Positions 37,966 to 49,994 of a stretch of DNA of 64,000 nucleotides are shown here, piece after piece. Each line of letters starts with the position of its first letter. The stretch's first letter is position 1. The translations under genes and the position numbers were made by a program. The DNA is from Antedon mediterranea (lineage: Eukaryota > Animalia > Echinodermata): positions 10,523,432-10,587,431 of the forward strand of contig NC_092679.1 in the NCBI RefSeq assembly GCF_964355755.1. The letters are read 5' to 3'. The notes under the pieces were generated by a model. That model did no database searches, was not told the DNA's origin, and saw nothing but the letters and a program-made list of their open reading frames with translations.

Positions 37966-38284
37966 AGCGAGTGAGTGGCCGAGCGGTTAAGACAGTGGAA
38001 CCGTAATTACCATAACATCGGCAAGGGTTCGAGGCTCACTCGCTCCATGGTTCTGGTGGTAGAACGAGTCTTCTCGGATAAGGATTATAAACCGTAGGTC
38101 CAGTGTACACATCTAGCTCGTGTGCACTTTAAAGAACATAGTACATCTTTCGAGACGAGTAGGGGGTTACCCCGGTGTATTAGTACATCACAGCCACTGA
38201 TCACCAACTGGGCCCTCTGGGAGACCAGTCTTTGACTGAAGAGGTTACCCAGTATAAATATAAATTTCAATTCAATTCAATTCA
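37966..38284 (+). mobile_element. tRNA-derived SINE with Deu/Nin-type central domain and (TTCAA)n tail
   Basis: A box TGGCCGAGCGG, B box GGTTCGAGGC; TCGGATAAGGATTATAAACCGTAGGTCC..TTAAAGAAC..GAGTAGGGGGTTACCCCGGTGT resembles the Deu/Nin domain as I recall it; inserted in a HINE copy. Confidence 0.8.
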
Positions 38285-38799
38285 GTTATCAAAAGTTCAT
38301 TAAAAGGAATGAAATCTACTACAGAAGGTATGAAAAACAAAAGTCAATTGCAAAAACCATTTTCTACACTTTGCACGAGCTGTGCACACAAGTGTGTGGG
38401 CAAAATGCCAAAAAAATGGAACATTTTTAAATGCTCAAAATGACCTAAAATGTATGCGAAATTGATTAGAAATTAATTTTGCAAATTTTGAAATTTCAAA
38501 TCATGCGTAATCGCGTAATTTTTGGCGTAGAATTCTATTTTTATAATGTAAAAACTTGATCTATATTATGAAATACACTTTTGTCAAGTTTAATTAACAA
38601 ATTTTGTTCAGAATTTATGATCAACAATAAACACATAAAGCCAATATTTTTACAAAGTTATGTTCACAAGCAATAAGGGATATACTGCGCACAAAAATTG
38701 TGGAAAGAAAGAAAAACTAGATAAACGGACGGCATATGTTGGAATGTTGCCCACAGAAAAAGATTACACTATTATGACTTAATATGTTGCTAGTGGTGT

Positions 38800-39220
38800 T
38801 TTCAGTTATCACCGGGCAGTTTAGAATTAATGTTCTTTGCCTGATGTGTGTATATAATTATAAAAGTATCTCTTCGGAGATCCCGCTTTGTGAATAAAAA
38901 TACTGAATAGATGAGGGCGTATCAATTGATCTCTGGTGCGCTTGCGTACAATTGAGGGACTAGTGCTGTTCCGCCGTACCACGCAGAGAGCGTTAAAGAG
39001 TCACTATCCAATCAAGTTTGAACAATACCATGAAAGCCCCAGTGTTCTAATGGTTAGGACAGCTGCATATCAAGCAGACGGTACAAGTTCGATTCTCGGT
39101 TTGGGCGACTTTTTGTCATTCTCAGATTTCCTCATCTTTATCGTTTAAAATTAATTAATTAAATTTCAGTATATCACCGGGCGGTTTAGAATTAATGTTC
39201 GTTGCCTGATGTGTTTATAT
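38800..39220 (+). repeat. Terminally redundant ~365-bp unit with internal tRNA-like gene (family T1)
   Basis: ~56-bp direct repeats 38800-38855 and 39164-39220; tRNA-like 39036-39107 followed by TTTTT; second copy at ~57320-57650. Confidence 0.8.
39036..39107 (+). tRNA. tRNA-like sequence, anticodon ATC (Asp-like); likely repeat-borne pseudo-tRNA
   Basis: GCCC/GGGC acceptor, TAATGGTTAGGAC D arm, CTGC-ATATCAA-GCAG anticodon arm, GTTCGATTC T loop; stems imperfect. Confidence 0.45.
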
Positions 39221-39227
39221 GTATATT

Positions 39228-39461
39228 ACTTGCACTGATGAAGGGCTAGTGTTGCCCGAAAGCTCTGCTAACTTTTCTGGCTGTTTTACTTTATCGTTTT
39301 GATTTAGCTTTTCGCTTTTTTTTTGTATCTCCATGGAGATCCAGCCACTGATACCCACAGCATTGTCATTTTTTCAGTAATTTGCCTTTGGATATATAAA
39401 AAAAAAGCATAAAGCTAAATCAAATTGATAAAGTAAAACAGCCAGAAAAGTTAGCAGAGCT
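39228..39461. mobile_element. Solo Penelope pLTR (+, 39228-39397) with a partial inverted copy (~39413-39461)
   Basis: Nearly identical to the reverse complement of 56480-56652; the inverted partial copy stops at GCAGAGCT within the ribozyme. Confidence 0.8.
39232..39268 (+). ncRNA. Minimal type I hammerhead ribozyme (Penelope-type)
   Basis: GCA-CTGATGA-A-GGGC-TAGTGTT-GCCC-GAA-AGCT-C-TGC: intact CUGAUGA and GAAA core, 4-bp stem II, palindromic AGCU stem III, CUC cleavage triplet, 3-bp stem I. Confidence 0.85.
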
Positions 39462-40189
39462 AAATAAATATAAATATAATAAATTTCCAATTTTCCATCA
39501 AAATGAAACACGAAGATAGCAATTTCAGAAGAGAATAATCTTAGCAACAACATATTAACGTAGAATATAGATGCGCGTTCTTTTAAATGTGATGAACTAT
39601 GATGCAAAATATGAAAATACAACGTTTATAATTCAACTGGCCATATGATGACTTCCAGAATGTTTAATAAAAATAAATTTCACCGTTTATTTTAGAAACT
39701 TTTTCATAAAAAGTCCAATTTGAAGTGCTCGTATGACATGATTTTAAGCCAAAATTACTAGAAAAGGCTGAAAAAACATAAATCATGTGACGTGCGCACA
39801 GCGCGCATGCAAATTACTGCGCGTGTGGACATTTGTACATGCTTAAAATGATATGAAATGTAGAATGTTGATTAGAAATTGATTTTTAGCCTTTTAAAAT
39901 TTTAAATGCGCGTGCGTTCCTAACTTTTTGTGAAATATGCCTTTTTTTTTTCACAGAAAGTTAGCGCATGATATAAATTACACTTCTGTTTTCCATCTAT
40001 GTTTTAAATACATGAAATTCATAAAATCGCGCGTAACTGACGCTGCGCGACTCTAAAGTTATAAAACGAAGTTTCCTGCACATCTACAGTTAGAGATCAA
40101 TCTTCTGACAAAGTTATACAGTGTTATGTTGAAAAGAATTAGAGATACTTGTGACAAAAATTCGGGAAAAAAAAGAAGAATAATATAGA

Positions 40190-41432
40190 ACTAGATTTGA
40201 ACTCATCACTTTGACGAGTTCGGGTTATCCGCGCAAACACAACATGCACCACATACACTAAATTATGAATGGCCAATAATTATTATGCCATCCTATTACA
40301 TAAATTAAATGTTTACAGTGTTGCTATTTTAAATGCGGTGAATTTTTACAAAATAGATGAAAATCTGACTTTTTTAATTCAACTGGCCATATGATACTGT
40401 CATGACATCAGATAGACAACATTTTTATAGGAATTTATATCTACAATTCAACAGACGAAATTAATTAGGTCACGTTATTCTAATTTTTTATTAAGAATGT
40501 GATAACAATTTAATTTTTTGAGAAAGAACATATTAAAATCTAGGGCGAAATGGGATAAGCATAAGCACAATGCGCTCTATTAAATGGGATTAACTAGTAC
40601 TAAAGCGAAAAAATTTCTATTTTTTTTAATTCGAGTGGTGACATCAGAACATCCGGTAGGTACAAATTTTACATGAATTGATATCTACAACTCATCAGCT
40701 TCCATAACACATTTTAAAAAATTGGATAATCGGCCATAACTGATTAAAAATAGGTATATTTTTGTACAAATTTATGTAATCTACTACAGAAGGTATAAAA
40801 AACAAAAATTGATTGCAAAAACCATTTTTGTACGCTTTTTACGTGCTGTGCGCAAAAGTATGTGCGCAAAGTGCAAAAAAATTATAACATTTTGAAATGC
40901 TCAAAATGGCCTGAAATGTATGCAAATTGATTAGAAATTAATTTGGCACATTTTGAAATTTCAAATGCGTGTGCACGTAATTTTTTGCTCAGCACGCTAT
41001 TTTATCATATCGAAAATTGCTACATATCATAAAGTATGGTAAAGTTTCATTGAAAAATATTTGTTAGTTCAGAATTTATGATCAACCATAACATTACATA
41101 AAATCATGTGTCACTTGCTCTGCTGAGCTCTGACATCATATAACAAAGTTTCTTGCACATCTACAGCTACAGTACAGGTCAATCTTCTGACAAAGTTATA
41201 CAATCTTATTACAAGAATTAGAGATACACTGCAAACAAAATTCGTGGAAAGAAAGAAGAATAAGATAGAAAAAAAAAAGATCCTGACAATAACAAGGGGT
41301 TAACCAAAAAAATATGATGAAACAGGACAGTTACAAGGAGTCTGCTACTAAGCGGATAACTAATAATACAGAAAAAAAAGGTGATGATCCAATCCAAAAC
41401 AAGGAGTTATCCGCATATTGCGGATAACTAAT
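40190..41432 (-). mobile_element. Apparently complete HINE/DINE-1-like element
   Basis: 5' end: subTIR plus inverted repeat AGTTATCCGCA-TAT-TGCGGATAACT (41405-41429); 3' end: subTIR GGTTATCCGC (40223-40232), hairpin 40200-40220, CTAG 40191-40194. Confidence 0.75.
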
Positions 41433-44264
41433 AATATAAAAAACTAGAATTGAACACGTCACTATGAACGAGTTAGGTTATCCGCCGCGCAAACGCCACG
41501 TGCACGTCATACGTTAAAATATTGCACACAGAAAAACGATTATGCCAATGTGACCTGAAGAAAAAAAATATTAGTGTGCCCTCTATTTTGTGTCTAAGTA
41601 ATATACAGTATATAATATACAGTGCAGAAAAGATGAAAATAACGGGACCCACCTTTTATTCCAATTTTAAACATGATGACGTCACCAAAATGAAACCTGT
41701 ACAGTAGATAGCAATTTTGGAAGGGAATTATTTTATAGTGCAACAAAATTCTTGGAAAGAAAGAAGAACTAGACATTGTACAATTATTACCTGAACTGAA
41801 GAATGATATGTTGTTAGTGCTGAATTCTGTCTATTTTGTGTCATATACTATATACAGTTTAAGTTAAATCATGTCAGTTCAAATTAAATCGCGTTAAAAA
41901 GCAGCTTAAAATCACTTTTCGTTCCGACCTCATAAAAATAACAAATTTAGGCCTAGGTAAATCTGCTAATGTGTTCATAAAATGAAAAGTTTGACCAAAT
42001 TATTATAGGGTAATATATGCACTTTACCTCGATTAAATGTCATAGCAAGGCCGCAAAACCAAAAAAGTCCAGACATGAAAGGTGTTGATTGTACTCCATT
42101 ACCTTGTAGCGCGTCAAATCGCGTCAGTTCAAGTAAAATCGCGTTAAATGCATTACAAATTTGGACACCAAGTTGAAAACTATTCCTATAATTTTTGTAA
42201 ATGTATCAATAACTATCATGTATGTAATGCTTAAAATCCACAAAAACAGAGGCCACTCAGAGCTTTCTAGTTTGCTAAAAGTTTACTACCTGTATGCTTA
42301 GAAAAACAAATAGAAATAACATGCATATTCTATTTGTCCTAGTAAATGTTTTTATGAACAATTTACTGTATGTAAAGGTTGTCCCCAAAACATGAAAAAT
42401 GAAGATTAATTATTATTCGATTCCTTCAACTAAAGACTGGCTCTAGATGTGGTAAATTAAAATGAATGGTTATGTTGCTCCCTAAAGGGTGAGGGTAAAA
42501 TATAATCAGGTTGGTTTTATTTGTCGGTCATGTCCATTTGTGTGTATATTGTCTGATTTTCTTCAAAAATTCTGTTCTACCCAAAAAAATGCATTAACTT
42601 TAAAAGTTTTATTTAAAGTATTTAGTTGAAGAGAAAAATGGAGAAAAGTGTTCATTTCAGTCCTTCCAACCCATAGTTTTTAGGGGGAAGTCTTAAATTG
42701 GAAACAGCAACTAATTGTATAGATAGGCTATCATCCAGGGCTGTGGTACAGTCATCTTGCATAAAATGTATTGTATATAAAAGTGCAAATAAAAAAGTAA
42801 AAACCCTCCTTCCGGATACTATAGTATTGAGAGGACACCCCTATAAAGGAAACATTTTCATGCAAAATGAGGGGCAATATACCAACCCCTACAAAGTGGA
42901 CAGTCCTAATAATTAAGGGGACATGAATACTTTTGAGTGCGCCAAATTGTTTTCCCGTCACAAAAACCATAAGACCAAAATAATTATATTCACTATTTTT
43001 ACAAAAACAGATATTCATAATAATTATGATAATTTCTCGGTCTTTAACTCCATCTATACCTAATGTTTTCCCCAATATCACCTATTCTATATGACACATA
43101 ATAGGCACAGCTCAAGAATATGAGCATACTATAGGCATAATTGTTTAATGAATTAAAAATGGCATGTTTTACACAAAGTTGTGCGGATAACTAACTCGTC
43201 AATGTGACGAGTTCATATCTAGTTCTTCTTTCTTTCCACAAATTTTGTTGCAAGTGTATTTCTAAATCTTCTCAACATAACATTGTATAACTTTAATCAG
43301 AAGATTGACCTCTATCTGAAGATGTCGTAATAAGGTTTTCGGTGCCGTCCGAGTTACGCAGCATAACTTATGCATGATTATACAATTTTTTAAAATTCAG
43401 AACCAAAATACATTTTTATTGAAACTTAAGAAAATAATAATTCATATCAAGGGTCAAATTTCTATGGAGTAAACATTGTGTGTTGCACATGAAATTACAT
43501 GGGCACACGTGTTTAAAATTTCAATATGCAAAAAAATAACTTTTAATCAATTTTTTGTACATTTCATGTCATTTTTAGCATTTCAAAATTTTGGATTTTT
43601 AGCATAGAAAGAATATTTTTGCAATTGATTTTGGTTCTTCATACCTTTTCTGATCAATTTCATTACTTCTATATAAATTATGGCTAATTCTGACATAGGC
43701 GAGCACAATGGAAAATCTTCAGGACAAATCTCTGCTTTGGATACCTCTCAAAGGTAATTTGATAACATTAGTTTTCACTATTATGATATTTTTCCATATT
43801 TCTATCTTAGGAAGATATTATAAAAGGTTAAGAAACAAAATTTCTGATTTCATCGGTAGATTTTCAATTCAATTTCAATTGTACGCGATCAAAGTAATTT
43901 CCTGGTTCACGATGAGATTACGTGTTCACCTTGCAACTTCCTGGTTTCAACTAAGTTTCGCTGTTAGTGGCTAAAAAATTAAACATGTCCCTCGAATAAA
44001 CACTTTTAAAAGAACTCCGCCTCCCCACGATCGCCCTACGAGGGCCCTATCAAATAATAAACACTATACTTTAAAATTTTATTAATCATCTAAGACACTG
44101 TGAAACAGAGTATGTTTAGATTTACAAATGTCAAGCATTTTCAATAATGGTAACCGATAGAAAACGTACAAGGAGAACGTCCTTCTAAAACCCGAGTCAT
44201 CATTCCAAGAACCATCGTCTACACTTTCTAGAGGGGGAGCGAGTGAAGCGAGCTCACCCTAATT

Positions 44265-44510
44265 ACGTAATTTGTAATTTATACTGTACATTTGAGAATA
44301 CTTGCGAAAAAATTCGCAAGTAGTTCTCGGGTGGGACTCGAACCCACGACCTCCAGATCACTAGCCTGGCGTTCATACCTCTAGACCACCGAGCTTGCGC
44401 TGATGGCTAGTGGTTAGATTCGAGCCCAAGTAAGCAGCGGTTACTGCACCAACAGGATTGTAATTGTAGTTTTTCGTCAGGGAGTTGAGTAATTAGATGT
44501 TTTGCCCATA
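44265..44510 (-). repeat. tRNA(Pro)-like-containing repeat unit (family T2)
   Basis: Minus-strand GCTCGGTGGTCTAGAGGTATGA..GGTTCGAGTCCC..CCGAG (44325-44395) followed by T6 inside hairpin 44299-44322; homologous to 58383-58713 in permuted order. Confidence 0.75.
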
Positions 44511-46059
44511 TATAATGTATAACGTAGGCATCTTGGACACAAAATAGAGAGCACACTGACAACATTTTGTTTTCTTCAGTTTATAATGGCATAATATTTT
44601 TTCTGTATGACGTGCACATGGCGTTTTTTGTGCGAATAACTACCTCGTCAAAGTGACGATTTCAAATCCCGTAATTTCACCTATTGTATGGTACACTGTA
44701 TGCAGTATTTACAGCATAACTGACAACATTTTGTTTTCTTCTTATTATAATGGCATAATCTTTTTTCTGAGCGCATAACGTATGACCTGCACGTAGCGTT
44801 TCTTGTTTGAATAACTACCTCGATTTCAAATCTCGTAATTTCACCTATGATCACTGTATGTAGTATTTACAGTATACTGTGTATATGTGTATACTATGGC
44901 ACAAAATAGACAGAATTTAGCACAAGCAACATATTTTCTTCAGGTCATCATGTTCATGGTATCGTCATGTTTCATTTTGTGAAAAAACTTGATTAAAAGC
45001 GACAAATTCTGGTACATATTATATATCAAAATTTATAATGAATTTTTAAATGATAGAGGGCGGCAAACAATAATTTGCTCGTATCAGAGCCATTCACCTC
45101 TGTTTAAAATCTGCTAACCTATAACATGTTATATAAATCATAATACAGTAGCATAAATTTCTGTGCACATTTTATAAAACAGGCTTAACGTACGTGCGTG
45201 TGGCGTTAGTGGTGCGGATAACTAACTCGTCAAAGTGACGAGTTCATGTCTAGTCATACTTATTTCTTTCTCCCCAATTGTTTGTGTGTCACATATATAT
45301 CTCTAATATGTGTTAACATAACATTCCATAACTTTGTTAACATATGAACATTTACATGTGCACCTCCCATTTTGAATGATGTCGGAGATTAGAAACCAAA
45401 CATAATTTTCAATTTTCACTTTTTTTTTTTTTTTTTTATCATATTTATTGAGGGTGTTCGATCCACAGCACAATGGGAGAAAACAGGTTGAAAAAAAAAT
45501 TTTCTAATTGTCAATCATCCATTTTATTTTTAGTCTCATAATTTAATTGAAAACCCCCACAGTTTGCTTATCGTGGAAACAGGAAAACTGAAGATGCAAT
45601 AATTAAAAAAACGTTACTTTATACCATTGGTTATTTTTTAAGCATTGAGCTACAAACATAAGATCTGATATCCACTAATGAAGTAGAATGTTCGCCTACT
45701 TTTGTATCTTTATGTGGTACGTGTAATAGAACTTACTGGATGTCTCGACATATAATCAATAAGATTTGTCACATGTGTTTGTTTTTCCTGACTAATTACT
45801 GCATTTGGTACCTCCCGTAAGCAGCCACGGCCACCTTTTTTTGTATGGTAAAAAAAATGCCTCTCGTAGGCGGCCAAAAAAAATCGTATTGACTTTTGAC
45901 AACAAAAATACAATTTAAATACTTATATGTGCTTATATTTTAGCTTTATTTCGAAGCTTGTGTGCTAAATCCTCTCCGAGGACTTTAATTCCTTCTTTAA
46001 TTCTAAAATTGCAGATATCCGTCACGATATATCGGCGAATGTTGAAAGTTAATGCTCAA

Positions 46060-48195
46060 GAGAGAGATCCTGGAGAGGCCACATTTGATGCAACACCCTT
46101 ACTGGAATATACGACGGTTTCTCTAGACGAAGTGCGAACAATCATCCTAAAATCAAAGAGTAAGTCATGTGAATTAGATCCTCTACCGACATGGCTCTTG
46201 AAGGAGTGCCTTGAGGAACTTCTCCCTTTGATAACAGCTATCCTCAATGCATCACTACAGACGGGTTACGTTCCACATGATTTTAAACATGCGCTTCTTA
46301 GACATCTCATAAAGAAACGTAACTTAGATCCGAAAACTCTCAAGAACTATAGACCTGTATCTAACTTACCATTCATGTCGAAAATCCTTGAAAAAGTTGT
46401 TGACGCAAGCCTAGAAGAACATATTGTAATTAATGGCGTTCATGAGTGCAATCAGTCAGCATACAGGAAATTTCACTCAACGGAGACTGCCCGTCTGAAG
46501 GTCCAGAGTGACATTATCGCGTCTCTAGACAAGGGTTACACTTCTGCGCTTATACTACTCGACCTTTCGGCCGCCTTTGATACAACTACTTCAACGGCTT
46601 TATCATCATTTTGGAGTACGAGGAAATGCCCTAGCATGGATTGCATCTTATCTGAAGGATCGTTATCAGTCAGTGTCCATTAATAATACGAATAATTTTA
46701 ATCCACTTCGCCTTAAATATGGAGTACCGCAAGGATCGGTTCTTAGACCAAAGTTTTATTCGATGTACATCGTTTGGCGACATGGGCTAGGCTACCAGTT
46801 GTATGCGGATGATACGCAAATGTACGTTTCTTTTCGCCTAAATGACAAGTCAGAAATACAATCTGCTCTAATTTCGATGGAAAAATGTGTTTCAGATGTC
46901 AAGGTATGGATGACCCAAAACGGAAGTGATACTCTTTTCGTCGCGATACAATAAGACCAGTATAAATTTGGATGTGAATGTCGGAAACAGAGTTCTAAAA
47001 CCAACGTCGACTGTGAGAGACCTCGTAGTAATATTCGATAAACATCTTACTATGGATTCACATGTACAATCCATCTCGAGGCAGTGTTATATGCACTTAC
47101 TTAACATCTCTCATATCCGACATCATCTAACATTATGATGCCACAAAATCATTAATACAGTCGCTGGTGATCTCTCGTATGGACTATTGTAACACCTTAC
47201 TTTATGGTCTGCCAACTACAACAATTAATAAATTACAAAAAGTCCAGAATACGGCAGCGCGAATTATTACGAAAAGCTGTAAATATGAGCACGTTACACC
47301 CATTTTGAAGGAGCTCCATTGGCTACTGGTGCAGGCACGCATAAAGTATAAGTTACTTGTACACACCTTCAAGGCATTGCATGATCAAGAGCCGACTTGC
47401 ATCAATGATATGCTGAAGGTTTATCAACCAAATAGGACATTACGATCACATGATTCTCTTACTTTATGTGTTCCCAGAGTTAAAACCAAATCGTATGGTG
47501 AAAGGTGTTTCATGAAGGCAGCGCCGACTCTATGGAATGCTCTTCCATACCAGCTCCGCAGTGCTTCCTCCTTGAAAATTTTTAAAAGGACACTTAAAAC
47601 ACATTTATTTGTCTCTTTCGTATAATTTAAGATTACTTTTATAATTATTGCTTATGATGTTTGTCTTTATGATGTGAAGCGCCTTTGAGCATGAGTATTC
47701 ATAAAAAGGGCGCTCTAGAAATCAATTTGAGTATACACCATTGATGCCGCGGTCTACATTAAATAACATTAATGACCTTATTATTGAAATCATCGGATCT
47801 ATTTTACATTGAACTATTCTATTTTTCTACTACAATTTGTTTGGTCAATTATTGTGCAATAATATTTTTAATCAAATTAAATTAATATAAAAAAAAAAAA
47901 AAATAAATTAGATAATAATTAATATGTAAATAAATTGTATTTTTGCAATCGTAGTTTAAGAAATTCTGACCTATTTTGTATATCGTACATTTTATTTTTC
48001 TATTTTATGCGATTTTAATTAATGTGCAGTAAGAATATTTATAACTTACGGTAGTTTAAGAAATCTTATTTCGTATAATTTAAGGTTACTTTATAATTAT
48101 TGCTTATGATGTTTGTCTTTATGATGTGAAGCGCCTTTGAGCATGAGTATTCATAAAAAGGGCGCTCTAGAAATCTGGTAAATAATAATAATAAT
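46060..48195 (+). pseudogene. 5'-truncated L2-clade LINE (RT, frameshifted) with duplicated 3' end
   Basis: KSCELDPLP, NYRPVSNLPFMSKILEK, LLDLSAAFDT, GVPQGS, YADDTQ, SRMDYCN, LWNALP across ORFs 45958-47625; L2-type tail AAGCGCCTTTGAG..AAGGGCGCT at ~47678 and ~48129; (AAT)n at 48180. Confidence 0.93.
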
Positions 48196-48731
48196 TAGGC
48201 GCTTGATTTAATTATTTAAAGTAAATAAATAGATAAACAATAGTAGGCTTACACCTGCCGTTTTTAATAGGCCTGATGTTGTTTTGTTTTCAAGTTTTTA
48301 AAAAAATAAACGACAGGGTTCAGACTCTGCAAAAAGAGAATGGTTATGAATTCATTGGTATTGATAGGCCGCAGTTTTAAAAACATTTAGAAAATGAGAA
48401 AACTACACATATTTTGACTGACCATTTTCATTCATAAAAGCTTTTAAAATTTGTTTGAAAACTACCTGATTACAAACAATAAATTACAATTAGCTGGAGA
48501 ATTTAGAACTACGAAAAATATTGTGCATACTGTAGGATAGCCATAATACGTGATTTTGGCCCTCTATCGGCAGAAAACCCTGTAATAAGCGACCACTTTT
48601 CTCGGTTTCGAGGATGGCCGCTTATGGGAGGTTCAATTGTAATTTGTAATACTCTACATAGGCCTATTTATGTACCATATCTCTAGCAACGGCATACTTT
48701 AGCACAAAGATCAAAACAAGTACAAGTTTAA

Positions 48732-49332
48732 AGACTCATTTCCTACATTTTTTTAGATCTAATGTAAGGTCACAAACTACATTAATGTAAAAATAAATAA
48801 ATAAATAAATACTATATCTATTGAGGTAACTTTTTTCGTCATCAAATGGTTAAAAATGTGAAAAATTGAGCGATTATAATAATTTTTAGCGGCCCGCTAT
48901 AAATCCCAACATGCATTTGCGCGCGGATTGATATTTTTGTTTTTCTTTTGTATTTCACCCACTTTTCGATCGATCGTGAGGCCAAAACAAATAGAAGACT
49001 CCTAACTTTTCAGCAAAAATACAGGGTTTCCCCCAATTTGTATCAACGGAGTCTGTCAAAAACAGAAAGATAATTAATGCAGCAACTATACAACGTCAGG
49101 CTAGGCCAATAGCTCGCGTACAATGTTCGTATGTTACCAATGTTTACCAGCTAGGCTTACAAAACTAAGCCTAGCTAGCAAGGGGACATTGACCGCGAGC
49201 TCCTTAGGTAGTGCATTGTTTCTCTCTTTTTATCATAATTTACTATAAAACGTACAAGGAATGACCTGGTTTAATGTTTTTTAAGTAATGCATTATTTTT
49301 ACAAAACGCCACAAATTGTAGGGAATGGATCT
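48732..49332 (+). mobile_element. Kolobok-like non-autonomous DNA transposon
   Basis: TTAA|AGACTCATTTCCTAC...GTAGGGAATGGATCT|TTAA; TTAA TSD with AG..CT termini. Confidence 0.8.
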
Positions 49333-49368
49333 TTAAGAGATTTCAAAGAGCCTGCTGATTTGGCTTAA

Positions 49369-49994
49369 AGCCCCCTTCCCTACGTTTTTTAGATCTAATT
49401 TAAGATCACAAACTATATTTAATGTAAAAATAATACTATATGGTCCTATTGCAATAACTTTTTTCGTCTTTAAACGGTTAAAAATGGGAAAAATAAGTTG
49501 ATTCTAATAATTATAGCGGCCCGCTATAAATCCCAAAATGCATTGCGCGCGGATTGATATTTTTGTTTTTCACCTGTAATTCGCCCACTTTTCGATCGAT
49601 CGTGAGGCCAAAACAAATGGAAGACTCCTAGCTTTTCAGCGAAAATACCGGGTTTTCCCCAATTTGTATCAACGGAGTCTGGCAAAAATAGAAAGACAAT
49701 TAATGCAGCAACTATACAACGTCAGGCTAGGTATATAGCTAGCGTACGATGTTCGTACGTTACCGATGTTTACCAGCTAGGCCTACAAAACTAAGCCTAG
49801 CTAGGCTAGGCCTAAGACCGTCCACGAGAGGTCGATCGCCGCGAGCTACTTAGGTAGTGCATTGTTTTTCACTTTTTATCATAATTTACCATAAAACGTA
49901 CATTTAAGACAAGGAATGACATGGTTTAATGTTTTTAAAGTGATATATATGTATTATTTTCCAAAAAACGTCCAAAATTGCAGGGAAGGGGTCT
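49369..49994 (+). mobile_element. Kolobok-like non-autonomous DNA transposon (best-preserved copy)
   Basis: TTAA|AGCCCCCTTCCCTAC...GCAGGGAAGGGGTCT|TTAA; 36 bp from the previous copy. Confidence 0.85.

Larger units (their letters stand above)
37153..45350. mobile_element. Dense cluster of Helentron-associated (HINE/DINE-1-like) elements of one family, both orientations, nested with other repeats
   Basis: Repeated terminus GCGGATAAC..AACTCGTCA-N3-TGACGAGTT-N5-CTAG|T at 37153(-), 40190(-), 41443(-), 43222(+), 45253(+) and degenerate at ~44670 and ~44830; shared internal blocks. Confidence 0.75.

Noticed and set aside
38225-38255. CTGAAGA as a third hammerhead core (also CTGATGA at ~4455)
   Set aside because: No stem II followed by GAAA and no closing stems.
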